IMG/VR virus record: IMGVR_UViG_3300032050_000004 | Span: 158,070 to 222,069 of that record | Length of the DNA: 64,000 bases | Direction: 5' to 3' (one strand) | In this document: positions 30,497 to 38,505 of the stretch, piece by piece | Numbering within the stretch: position 1 is the stretch's first letter | Layout: each line of letters starts with the position of its first letter | Notes under the pieces: model-generated | Database searches by the model: none | Told to the model about the DNA's origin: nothing | The model's input: the letters and a program-made list of their open reading frames with translations, nothing else | Made by a program: the position numbers and the translations under genes

Positions 30497-31533
30497 ATTT
30501 CTATATTTTTTATAAATGGTTTTTCGTATTTAGGTTCAATTATTTTCCATATAATATTATCATAGCTTTTTTTATCTAACATTTTAAATAATATGGCTGG
30601 ATATTTTTGTTTTTTTGCATACGCTGCAAATTCAGCTCTGGTGTCTCCCATTTTCCAATGGAAAAATCTATGGAATGATTTGTTAGATTCTTCTTCTACT
30701 AATCTATAATTTCTTTCTAAATTAATTCTGGTTTCCTTTACCCAATCATAAAATTCGTCTGGAACCCTCTCTAATATCTCAGCAAAGTCATTACCATCAA
30801 CTAAATGTTGCCATATAGTCCTAGATGAAACATTAGTTAGAATCCTATGTAATCGAACATAATCGTCAAACTTTACTTTTAATCTAAAACCGTTTTGGAA
30901 TTTAACAACAAAACCCTCTTTGTTATTCTCTTCCAATTTTTTTAGCTGTGAAATATCTTGAATACCATCGTACCTTTTTACAATAGGAAAACCTATTGGT
31001 TCTAATTCACAATCCAATCCTGTAGCCTTATCTATTACAGCTAACAAAACCAAATCATCAACATTACCATAATTTACAACTATTCTATTTTCCGGATAAA
31101 TTATCTCGAACAAATATGTTTTTGATTTATCTAAATTAGGAATTACATACTTATATCTGTTATGTAAAATGTTTGTTGCATAAATAGCTTGATCAGATTC
31201 AAAAGATCCTCTAGTGGCTATGTATGGCATGTCTCCAATCCAATATAAAATACCTAGTGAACCATCCATTTTTTCATATACTTCAAAAGATGTTTTAGGT
31301 ATATCATCGTGTGTATGTTCTTCGAGGTTGAAAAACTTTCTAAATGGCCTTGCTACTACATTGTAATTTGAATCAAGAATTAAACCTCGACACTGTAAAG
31401 TAATTTCGTTCCAAACCCTCTCATATTGAGCTTTTGGACCATAGTTATAAATAAAATAATCAGCCTTTTTGTGCTTCTGCACAATGACTAATTTTTCATC
31501 TATCATTTTATTTAATTCGTTGATATCTAACAT
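30493..31533 (-). CDS. RNA ligase, T4 Rnl1 family
   Basis: CRGLILD, VVARPFRKFFN, motif I EKMDGS, ATRGSF, FEIIYPENRIVV, EGFVV, LKVK. Confidence 0.92.
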   Translation of the reverse strand: MLDINELNKMIDEKLVIVQKHKKADYFIYNYGPKAQYERVWNEITLQCRGLILDSNYNVVARPFRKFFNLEEHTHDDIPKTSFEVYEKMDGSLGILYWIGDMPYIATRGSFESDQAIYATNILHNRYKYVIPNLDKSKTYLFEIIYPENRIVVNYGNVDDLVLLAVIDKATGLDCELEPIGFPIVKRYDGIQDISQLKKLEENNKEGFVVKFQNGFRLKVKFDDYVRLHRILTNVSSRTIWQHLVDGNDFAEILERVPDEFYDWVKETRINLERNYRLVEEESNKSFHRFFHWKMGDTRAEFAAYAKKQKYPAILFKMLDKKSYDNIIWKIIEPKYEKPFIKNIEI

Positions 31534-31615
31534 TTTGTATACTTACAAACAATTTAAACGTTAAATTAATTAAATTTGTTACAAAAATAAGGATATTTAT
31601 AATAAAAATTATTTT

Positions 31616-32095
31616 ATGTTCGAAAGAAAACTAAGAAAGACTGTACGTTCAATCATGGAGAGTGAATATGTGAAAGATCAGTCCATCTACAATATCGTAG
31701 GAAAAAAAATGGTAGATATATTCTCAAATAATCCCGGTATAAATAAAATTAGAAATAAAATTATAACCTATGCGAAATTCTTTGAAGGTGGTGAAGAATT
31801 CAAGGGTTACTATTCAGCAAAAGAATATTTGCGTATGGAAGGATATGAATCAGGATCAATGATGAGAGATTATCCTATACCATTTATGAAAATGGGTAAA
31901 ACTACAGTAGATAATAGAGGTAATACAATTATAATTACAAAATACGAGGAAGAAAGACCATTGATAATTACCAAATATGATGCTCTGTCTCAAGAAAGTT
32001 TTGATGAATTAGATGGTGTAATAATTCCATCTCCTGATCAAAACAATATGAGAGATGGAAACATTTATGTCGTTTTCTTTAATTTCCCAGATTGA
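31616..32095 (+). CDS. Hypothetical protein with N-terminal head-cargo-like helix
   Basis: MFERKLRKTVRSIMESE; TATTTAT at 31594-31600. Confidence 0.6.
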   Translation: MFERKLRKTVRSIMESEYVKDQSIYNIVGKKMVDIFSNNPGINKIRNKIITYAKFFEGGEEFKGYYSAKEYLRMEGYESGSMMRDYPIPFMKMGKTTVDNRGNTIIITKYEEERPLIITKYDALSQESFDELDGVIIPSPDQNNMRDGNIYVVFFNFPD

Positions 32096-32479
32096 TTATT
32101 TTATCTCGTCAATAAATCCAAATAAATGTTTATTGACAATTCTATACCATAATTCTCTCTGCCACTCGAATCCTAAATTTCCATAGTGCTTTTCAAATTC
32201 TATTATCTCTTTAACTATCAAAGCTCTGTCATCTGGAGTAATTCTGTTCCATTCTTCTAAAACCCAATCTACTATTCGTTGAACTGATCCTGTTTTTCTT
32301 CCAAGTGCATACCTGAGTGCAAAAATCATTAAGGTAGAATCGCATACAAAACGTTCTTCTTTCCATAGAAATTGATTGTCACTTAAAATATTAAGGATAT
32401 AATCCTTGTTTGATTTTAAATAATTTATGAATATTTTTTCACTGGAAAAGGTTTTAGGAAATTTGATTTTCTTTTTCAT
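32096..32479 (-). CDS. Hypothetical phage protein
   Basis: 127 aa, FALRYALGR motif. Confidence 0.65.
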   Translation of the reverse strand: MKKKIKFPKTFSSEKIFINYLKSNKDYILNILSDNQFLWKEERFVCDSTLMIFALRYALGRKTGSVQRIVDWVLEEWNRITPDDRALIVKEIIEFEKHYGNLGFEWQRELWYRIVNKHLFGFIDEIK

Positions 32480-32518
32480 TTTTAAAACTATTTATTAATA
32501 TAATAAAATTCTATAAAA

Positions 32519-32794
32519 ATGAAACTTACTAAAAAGGAATTTGAGAACCTTATTAAAGAAGAAGTGAAGAAAGCTATCGAGGAAATTAATATTCTTGGTG
32601 AAGGTAAATCTAAACCCTCGGCTGGTCTTTCTGCAAAACAAAAATCCAAAGTTGCTAAAAAAGCAAAAAAAGGTGGTGATATCGGTAAGCCCGGTAAAGG
32701 TTTCAAAGATGTTGAAGCTAAAGCAAAAGAATGGGGTGCTGATGATCCTAAAGCCGTAGCAGCAGCTGTATTATGGAAAAATGTGAAAAGATAG
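32519..32794 (+). CDS. Small basic putative head internal protein
   Basis: FENLIKEEVKKAIEEINILGE followed by a Lys/Ala/Gly-rich tail; TATTTAT at 32489-32495. Confidence 0.65.
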   Translation: MKLTKKEFENLIKEEVKKAIEEINILGEGKSKPSAGLSAKQKSKVAKKAKKGGDIGKPGKGFKDVEAKAKEWGADDPKAVAAAVLWKNVKR

Positions 32795-33222
32795 ATCTTA
32801 AATGTAATGTTTGTTCTGATAAATTAAATAATTTTAATTGGTCTTCAGGAAAACAGAAAAAAGGATGGTTTATTTGTAATAATTGTCATACGGACAAATA
32901 TAAAAAATACAGAAAAAAACATCCGTTCAAGGCTCGTCTTTCATATTTTAACAAAAGATACGATGGAAATTTGAAAGTTCAAGATCTTGAATTAATTTAC
33001 GAAAATCAAAAAAAGAACTGTCCACTATGTGGTGATCCTATTGATATAAAAGATAAATTTTGTTTAGATCATGTCGTTGCTAGAAATAGTGAAGGTTTAA
33101 CAACAAAAGAAAATATCCAAATATTATGTGAAAATTGTAATATTGGAAAATTTAAAATGAGTACAGAAGATTATATAAAACATTGTGAAAAAGTAGTAAA
33201 TAATTATAAAAAAAATGATTGA
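32773..33222 (+). CDS. HNH endonuclease
   Basis: CPLC...LDHVVARNSEGLTTKENIQILCENCNIGK plus an N-terminal CxxC...CxxC. Confidence 0.85.
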   Translation: MEKCEKIDLKCNVCSDKLNNFNWSSGKQKKGWFICNNCHTDKYKKYRKKHPFKARLSYFNKRYDGNLKVQDLELIYENQKKNCPLCGDPIDIKDKFCLDHVVARNSEGLTTKENIQILCENCNIGKFKMSTEDYIKHCEKVVNNYKKND

Positions 33223-33529
33223 CGTTTATGCTGAACCCGGCTCCTATATAGCTGGAGCTAATAATATCGCTTTGACTAATGCATTCAAAAAATTATTGAA
33301 CGCAAGACCAAATACAACTATTCCTTTCTTTTTTGAAAAGGATGGAAGAAAACTCATGGGAAGAGCTAAAACTTTTCAAGGCTCTCAAGGTGATTATCCA
33401 ACTTACTATATCAATTTTTTTGATTTGGATAACGAAGAAGATGGTATGAAAATGTTAGAAGGTAAAGTTTTTGCCAAAGGAAGATTGCAATTAGAAGAAA
33501 GATTATTCGATTATTATAATTCAATTTAA
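33215..33529 (+). CDS. Hypothetical protein
   Basis: 104-aa ORF. Confidence 0.6.
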   Translation: MIDVYAEPGSYIAGANNIALTNAFKKLLNARPNTTIPFFFEKDGRKLMGRAKTFQGSQGDYPTYYINFFDLDNEEDGMKMLEGKVFAKGRLQLEERLFDYYNSI

Positions 33530-33532
33530 AAA

Positions 33533-33763
33533 ATGAAGAATTTTATTAGAAAACCTTTTACTGTTTTTTTAATAATAATATCATTTTTGTTTATCTTCAA
33601 CAACTCAAATAATAAAGTACCTGAAAAAAGTTCAATTTTGGACTTTGACCCAAACTCAACAGTAATAGTCCCTAACTATAGACAGTTATTTTTAAGGCAC
33701 TATGAATCAAAATATAAAGTAAATTATAGTAAAGATAATACTATAAACAGTCAGAGCAAGTAA
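33533..33763 (+). CDS. Small membrane-anchored protein
   Basis: N-terminal TM. Confidence 0.55.
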   Translation: MKNFIRKPFTVFLIIISFLFIFNNSNNKVPEKSSILDFDPNSTVIVPNYRQLFLRHYESKYKVNYSKDNTINSQSK

Positions 33764-33803
33764 GTTTTTATTTGTTCTTAAAAACTTTTTAAAAAAAAAT
33801 ATC

Positions 33804-34904
33804 ATGAAAAATTTATTGAAAAATAAACTGCTATCTATTAAAGTAAGTGTAGTGTTATTATTAGTGTTTTTGACTACTATAACTTGTAGTAAAACCGATG
33901 AATCACCTAAAATTATTCAAGAAGAAATAAATTCTTCTGTTGTATATGATGATACACTAATGGATCCCGGACCAGATCCTGAATTTGTTTCAGTTGAAAA
34001 TAGAATTAATGTTGAAAATCTTTCAGCAAGAGTAATTGGTGTTAATACAATTAACACTTGGGAAAGATATATGTATATAGATAAAACTGATACAATATAT
34101 AATTCAATATCAGCTTCAAGAAGGTTATCAGGGTATCTTAAAAAATATGGCTTTAAAGGTGTTTATTTGTATAGTACCTCAGCAATTGTTTCCTCTACTT
34201 CAAACTATTCTAACTTTAGTAGATTTGTAAAAACACTTAGTGATAGTGGAATCGTATATAGAGGAGTAGCAAGCGGTAGTGCCACAACTTTTAAATCTGG
34301 TGGAGGAATATCAAATTATAATAACTCCCAATCTGATGCAACTAAAAAAATTAATAGAGCTAATTTGGAATTGGAATGGTGGAACAATGTAACAACTTGG
34401 GATAACTGGAACTCTATAAATCAACAAATATCTTTAGCAACCATAACCGATAATGATTTCTATGAAGGTTGGTATAAAAATATGGGCTCCACCATAGATA
34501 CTGTCGCAGCTAGAGATCAAGTTAGATTTTCTGATAGAGTACTTTTACATTGCTATCAAAATGGTATCCCGACTTATTCATATGCAAATGCCCAAAGCAC
34601 CGGTGCAACCGGAGGAAGATTGGATATAATTGCTAAAGGAGCAAGACAAGTTGGAAGAAAAATAGATTTGTATATTATAATCTCTTCAGAAAATACTGCT
34701 TGGGGAGCTAGTAATACTTTTACAGGGCCAGCACTTGCTAATGCCTATCTATCAGGTCAAGCTAATCCCTATCTTTTTATAGAAAATCAAGCCTATAATA
34801 ATATTTTTAATAATATGACCACCTTTCAAAAACAATGGATCAACTTAAAAGGTTTCGTTTGGTTTACTAAACGATACTGCTACAAAGCTGTACCTCCAAG
34901 ATAA
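33804..34904 (+). CDS. Putative lipoprotein with glycoside-hydrolase-like (TIM-barrel) domain
   Basis: Hydrophobic leader ending TIT-C; alternating beta/alpha pattern, LELEWWN, Trp/Tyr rich. Confidence 0.45.
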   Translation: MKNLLKNKLLSIKVSVVLLLVFLTTITCSKTDESPKIIQEEINSSVVYDDTLMDPGPDPEFVSVENRINVENLSARVIGVNTINTWERYMYIDKTDTIYNSISASRRLSGYLKKYGFKGVYLYSTSAIVSSTSNYSNFSRFVKTLSDSGIVYRGVASGSATTFKSGGGISNYNNSQSDATKKINRANLELEWWNNVTTWDNWNSINQQISLATITDNDFYEGWYKNMGSTIDTVAARDQVRFSDRVLLHCYQNGIPTYSYANAQSTGATGGRLDIIAKGARQVGRKIDLYIIISSENTAWGASNTFTGPALANAYLSGQANPYLFIENQAYNNIFNNMTTFQKQWINLKGFVWFTKRYCYKAVPPR

Positions 34905-34991
34905 TCTTTTTGCGAAAAGTATTGAATTGTGATACTTTGTGCAAAAAAATTCTGTTTCTGGAATTTGACATTTTTAGTAAAAAATAGAAAT

Positions 34992-35024
34992 AAAAAACCC
35001 TAGAGAATCTCTAGGGGTTTTTTT
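34992..35024. terminator. Bidirectional intrinsic terminator closing the tRNA cluster
   Basis: AAAAAACCCTAGAGA-AT-CTCTAGGGGTTTTTT between convergent units. Confidence 0.85.
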
Positions 35025-35025
35025 G

Positions 35026-35099
35026 TAGTCCCGAGGCGATTCGAACGCCTGACCGTCTGCTTAGAAGGCAGATGCTCTATCCAGCTGAGCTACAGGACC
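35026..35099 (-). tRNA. trnR: tRNA-Arg(UCU), no encoded CCA
   Basis: GGTCCTGTAGCTCAGCTGGATAGAGCATCTGC-CTTCTAA-GCAGACGGTCAGGCGTTCGAATCGCCTCGGGACTA. Confidence 0.95.
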
Positions 35100-35105
35100 A
35101 ATTAG

Positions 35106-35177
35106 TAGCGGGAAGAGGATTCGAACCTCTGACTTCCAGATTATGAGTCTGGTGACCTACCTCTGGTCCATCCCGCA
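35106..35177 (-). tRNA. trnM: tRNA with CAU anticodon (Met/fMet/Ile2 identity unresolved), no encoded CCA
   Basis: TGCGGGA...CCAGA-CTCATAA-TCTGG...GGTTCGAATCC...TCCCGCTA; U1-U72 mismatch. Confidence 0.88.
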
Positions 35178-35194
35178 GTATTTTTTTCTTATTA

Positions 35195-35224
35195 CAAAAA
35201 TAGTAATAAAAAATTAAAAACAAA
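35195..35224 (-). promoter_or_regulatory. Bacteroidota sigma-A-type promoter upstream of tRNA-CAU
   Basis: TTTG (35221-35224), 18 nt, TATTTTTG (35195-35202). Confidence 0.55.
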
Positions 35225-35249
35225 TTTTATAATAAAATTATAAGATTTG

Positions 35250-35323
35250 CTCTCCTGACTGGGCTCGAACCAGTGACCCATTGATTAACAGTCAATTGCT
35301 CTGACCTACTGAGCTACAGGAGA
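35250..35323 (-). tRNA. trnN: tRNA-Asn(GUU), no encoded CCA
   Basis: TCTCCTGTAGCTCAGTAGGTCAGAGCAATTGA-CTGTTAA-TCAATGGGTCACTGGTTCGAGCCCAGTCAGGAGAG. Confidence 0.95.
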
Positions 35324-35389
35324 TTTTTTTAATTTATGTAGCCGGGGCGGGAATCGAACCCGCAAGACCTTTAGGGGTCAATGGATTTT

Positions 35390-36098
35390 CTTACTACTAT
35401 AGTTTTCACTACCCTTTCGGTTTGTAGTCTGGACTATACCTTCACCATATTTATCAACTTAGGTGTTCCGTGTCTAGTCTCTACACACGCCCAGTTATAA
35501 TTATTATAACTTGCTTGGCTCGGTATTCCCATTTTACAGGGTTCACCGAATTTACGGAATTCTACTCTCGAAATTTCTAACGAGGCACTCTATTTTTATT
35601 TTTTCCACGATAAGTAAAAGTAAAAGCGTGACAGTTTGGACATAAAATTTTTAAATTTTCTATTCTATTATCATCATTTATACCATTAATATGCTCTAAT
35701 TCAAGTGGAATTTCTTTATTCATCCAATGAGTATTTAAACAAGATTCGCATTTTTTTTCTTTAATACCTTCTTTAAATAATCTCAATTTCAATTTATAAG
35801 TTTGAGTATAAGGAGAATTTTCTATTAGAATTTCTTCTATTTTAAATTCTTTACCAAACTTTCTAAATTTCTCTCCTTGATTCCAAGCAGATCCTGTAAA
35901 ATGAGAAATATCAATATTAAATTTCTTGAATTTTAGTTTCAACGTTTTATAATTACCACCAACTGGTAATATTTTTAGTTGCCTACAAACTTCAGCTATT
36001 GATAAACTATTTTTTACAATTACTTCTAATTCTTCTTTCGTATATTTATATTTCATGAATATAAATAGTAAGAAAAAAGTTAAACGTGGTTATAGTCA
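35390..36098 (-). mobile_element. Group I intron (709 nt) with HNH ORF in the P1 loop
   Basis: IGS GAG 35588-35590; P3 TTCCGT/ACGGAA; P AAATTCGGTGAA; Q AATACCGAG; R GTAGAGACTA; S GAAGGTATAGTCC; terminal G at 35390. Confidence 0.92.
35577..36056 (-). CDS. Intron-encoded HNH homing endonuclease
   Basis: CESC...LELEHINGINDDNRIENLKILCPNCH; last codons overlap the IGS/P2; TATTTAT at 36061-36067. Confidence 0.9.
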   Translation of the reverse strand: MKYKYTKEELEVIVKNSLSIAEVCRQLKILPVGGNYKTLKLKFKKFNIDISHFTGSAWNQGEKFRKFGKEFKIEEILIENSPYTQTYKLKLRLFKEGIKEKKCESCLNTHWMNKEIPLELEHINGINDDNRIENLKILCPNCHAFTFTYRGKNKNRVPR

Positions 36099-36155
36099 AA
36101 GTCCATCGTGTTTGCCTATTTCACCACCCGGCCATTAATTCAAAGAACAACGATA

Positions 36156-36186
36156 CAAATATATATAAAATATATATAAAAACAAA
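36156..36186 (-). promoter_or_regulatory. Bacteroidota sigma-A-type promoter for the tRNA cluster
   Basis: TTTG (36183-36186), 19 nt, TATATTTG (36156-36163). Confidence 0.7.
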
Positions 36187-36211
36187 AGAGCTGGAATTAT
36201 CCAGCTCTTTT
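36184..36211 (-). terminator. Intrinsic terminator downstream of the OMP gene
   Basis: AAAAGAGCTGGA/TCCAGCTCTTTT hairpin. Confidence 0.8.
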
Positions 36212-36240
36212 TCTAATTATTTATATTCTAAATTATTGAT

Positions 36241-36951
36241 TTAGAATGACATACTTACAATAAAATTTACGGGTGCTTGAGAGATACCGGGTGCATCCAA
36301 AACATTTTTATAAGAAGGATTTACATATAAACCTGTTTTAACTTTAGAAGTCCAAGAATCAGAAATTTTAAGATCTCTAGTTCCATTAATTCCGATATGA
36401 GTGATACCTGCATCAGTTCTCAAATTTACACCAGAAGCATCAGTAACATAACCTGCTGTTACTTCTAAGTTTTCTTTTACTTTATAACCTGCTTCGAAAT
36501 AGATACCTGCTGCATTATCGGCACCTGCTTCACTTTGATAAGCGGTATAAGCTACTAAACCATAAACATCTTCATTCTTATATTTAAGAGATGTTTCGAT
36601 AAAGTGCGAAGTGTTTTTTCCATAGTCCCAATAATCATTGGAAACACCAGCGTAGTAGTAATCTTTAACAGTCAAAGACAAATTCTTTTTAGTAAAAGTC
36701 ATATAACTATTAAGATTATTACCAAAACCTTCGGTTGCATTAAGTGCTACGGTAGCTTCAGTTCCGAGGGTAAACCAGTCACAGAATTTGTAGTGCATAT
36801 CACCTTCTACAGTTGGTGCTACAGAGAAAGCTACACCACGATTCCAGTGTTGTGTTGCGAGTCCGAAACCAGTGTGTAAACCTTTTTCTTCTTGAGCATA
36901 AGCTCCGATAGCAGTAAATACTGCAAGACATAAGACAATTAGTTTTTTCAT
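36241..36951 (-). CDS. Outer-membrane beta-barrel protein (Bacteroidota type)
   Basis: Signal peptide ending AYA-Q, amphipathic alternating strands, C-terminal Phe (NFIVSMSF). Confidence 0.75.
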   Translation of the reverse strand: MKKLIVLCLAVFTAIGAYAQEEKGLHTGFGLATQHWNRGVAFSVAPTVEGDMHYKFCDWFTLGTEATVALNATEGFGNNLNSYMTFTKKNLSLTVKDYYYAGVSNDYWDYGKNTSHFIETSLKYKNEDVYGLVAYTAYQSEAGADNAAGIYFEAGYKVKENLEVTAGYVTDASGVNLRTDAGITHIGINGTRDLKISDSWTSKVKTGLYVNPSYKNVLDAPGISQAPVNFIVSMSF

Positions 36952-37047
36952 TTTTTTTAATTTTTAATTTTTAATATTTGGATTAAGTTCCAAGTATATA
37001 TAAATATTATAAAATATAAAGAATTGATTTACATAGTTATTAACAAT

Positions 37048-37086
37048 AAAAAAACGGCATAATTTTGAGTTTTTATGCCGTTTTTT
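37048..37086 (-). terminator. Intrinsic terminator
   Basis: AAAAAACGGCATAA/TTATGCCGTTTTTT hairpin. Confidence 0.8.
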
Positions 37087-37108
37087 AAAAGTTTTTAACT
37101 AAACTTTC

Positions 37109-37354
37109 TTATCGTCCCCACCATTTCATAAGGCGACGATGAGTAGCTTCAACTGTACGCATCATGCTACGAACTTGCTGACGCTCTTCGGTAGGCATAC
37201 CATCAACTCCATAAGAGAGTTGAGTCATGTTACGACGCATTTCATTGAATTGTTTTCTCATTGCACGTTTGTAATCACGCACACGGGTAAAATTCTCGGA
37301 TGAGATTGTGTTTACACGAGAATTTCTTTTTGTTTTTTGACTTACTGTTTTCAT
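37109..37354 (-). CDS. Small Arg-rich basic protein
   Basis: 81 aa, own promoter and terminator, C-ending codon bias like MCP. Confidence 0.65.
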   Translation of the reverse strand: MKTVSQKTKRNSRVNTISSENFTRVRDYKRAMRKQFNEMRRNMTQLSYGVDGMPTEERQQVRSMMRTVEATHRRLMKWWGR

Positions 37355-37387
37355 AATTTTTTATTTTTGTAATTATTAATTATAAAA

Positions 37388-37418
37388 CAAATATAATAAT
37401 TATTATGCAAAGTTCAAA
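37388..37418 (-). promoter_or_regulatory. Bacteroidota sigma-A-type promoter
   Basis: TTTG (37415-37418), 19 nt, TATATTTG (37388-37395). Confidence 0.65.
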
Positions 37419-37584
37419 GACATTTATTAGAACGCCAGAGGATTACCAGAAGGCTTTGGATTTATTTAGAACATTATGGTTAAATTCCAATAATTTCCCA
37501 ACAATAAAAGCAAAGGTTGCTTTAATGGAAATGATAGAGGAATACGAGTTCAATAATTTTGTAAAAAATAGAAATTTTAATTAA
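37405..37584 (+). CDS. 59-aa protein resembling the N-terminal helices of HigA-type antitoxins (below ORF-track cutoff)
   Basis: MQSSKTFIRTPEDYQKALDLFRTLW...KVALMEMIEEYE. Confidence 0.4.
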   Translation: MQSSKTFIRTPEDYQKALDLFRTLWLNSNNFPTIKAKVALMEMIEEYEFNNFVKNRNFN

Positions 37585-38453
37585 GCTGGTTGATTAGCTC
37601 TTCTTCTGCCCCAGATATTGCCATAATTTTGATCAATTTCACCTTTTTTCATGAAAAAAAGTTCTCTTGGGGTATATAGTTGTTTTTGATCTTCTAAAGA
37701 TAAGTCGGGTCCATTTACAGGATAGCTCCATTTGAAACCTTTGAATTTACCTTCGGTTTTCATTTGTTTCAGTAGATCGATAACATATTTCATGTATTTT
37801 TCTACTGGTTTTTTATTTTGTTTCCCTTTTACTTGGGTGATATTACCTGATCCTTCATTATAAGCTATTGTTACATGAGGTTCTTTAGTTTTGGAGTTTC
37901 TAAGTGAAAATAGAGTTGTAGCTTGACCATCTCTTCCGCAGTGACCCATAGCATTTCCTTCTTCTGGGGAATTGTTTGTTTTCAAATCAATCCAATAATA
38001 TCCTTCTGGATATTGTTTGAATACTTCTCCGGATTCATCTTCAATAACTCCGGAAGCGGTAAGTGATTCGTGCCATTCGATAGCAGTATTAAGTGCTTCC
38101 TCTAAATTTTTAATTTGTTTAAGATCGACTTGTGGTCTATTAGGGAATTTAAGCCATTCCATAATAGTATTTACTGTGGTTTCGTTATTTTTTAGATATT
38201 CGATAACTTTATTTTGGTCTAGTTGGGGTAAAATTTCTTTTAAATTAGAACTAGTTATACCATGATCTCCGGCATATTGTTTTGTTGACCAGTCTCCGAG
38301 AACCATTGCATATTTTCCACCTATTTCATTTAAAAAAGTAGCAAATTCTTCTGAGAAACCTAATTTAACAAGTTTTTCGTTTTTATTTTCAGATAAAATA
38401 CCTGCTAATTCTTTAATTCTACTAGAATATTTTTCACTTAATAACATTACCAA
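37581..38453 (-). CDS. PcfJ-like C-terminal domain protein
   Basis: EEGNAMGHCG...LFSLRN...EPHVTI...ITQVKGKQNKKP; N-terminal RIKELAGILSE. Confidence 0.65.
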   Translation of the reverse strand: MVMLLSEKYSSRIKELAGILSENKNEKLVKLGFSEEFATFLNEIGGKYAMVLGDWSTKQYAGDHGITSSNLKEILPQLDQNKVIEYLKNNETTVNTIMEWLKFPNRPQVDLKQIKNLEEALNTAIEWHESLTASGVIEDESGEVFKQYPEGYYWIDLKTNNSPEEGNAMGHCGRDGQATTLFSLRNSKTKEPHVTIAYNEGSGNITQVKGKQNKKPVEKYMKYVIDLLKQMKTEGKFKGFKWSYPVNGPDLSLEDQKQLYTPRELFFMKKGEIDQNYGNIWGRRRANQPA

Positions 38454-38505
38454 TCTTTATATTAAATATTTAGATTTTTATAATATTTATAAAAAAACTC
38501 TAATA

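Larger units (their letters stand above)
35339..36133 (-). tRNA. trnL: tRNA-Leu(UAA) split by a group I intron (exons 36133-36099 and 35389-35339)
   Basis: Joined exons give GGCCGGGTGGTGAAATAGGCAAACACGATGGA-CTT^AAAA-TCCATTGACCCCTAAAGGTCTTGCGGGTTCGATTCCCGCCCCGGCTA, an 86-nt class II cloverleaf. Confidence 0.92.

Noticed and set aside
34907-34948. Imperfect inverted repeat after the lipoprotein gene
   Set aside because: AT-rich with mismatches; a better terminator lies at 34992-35024
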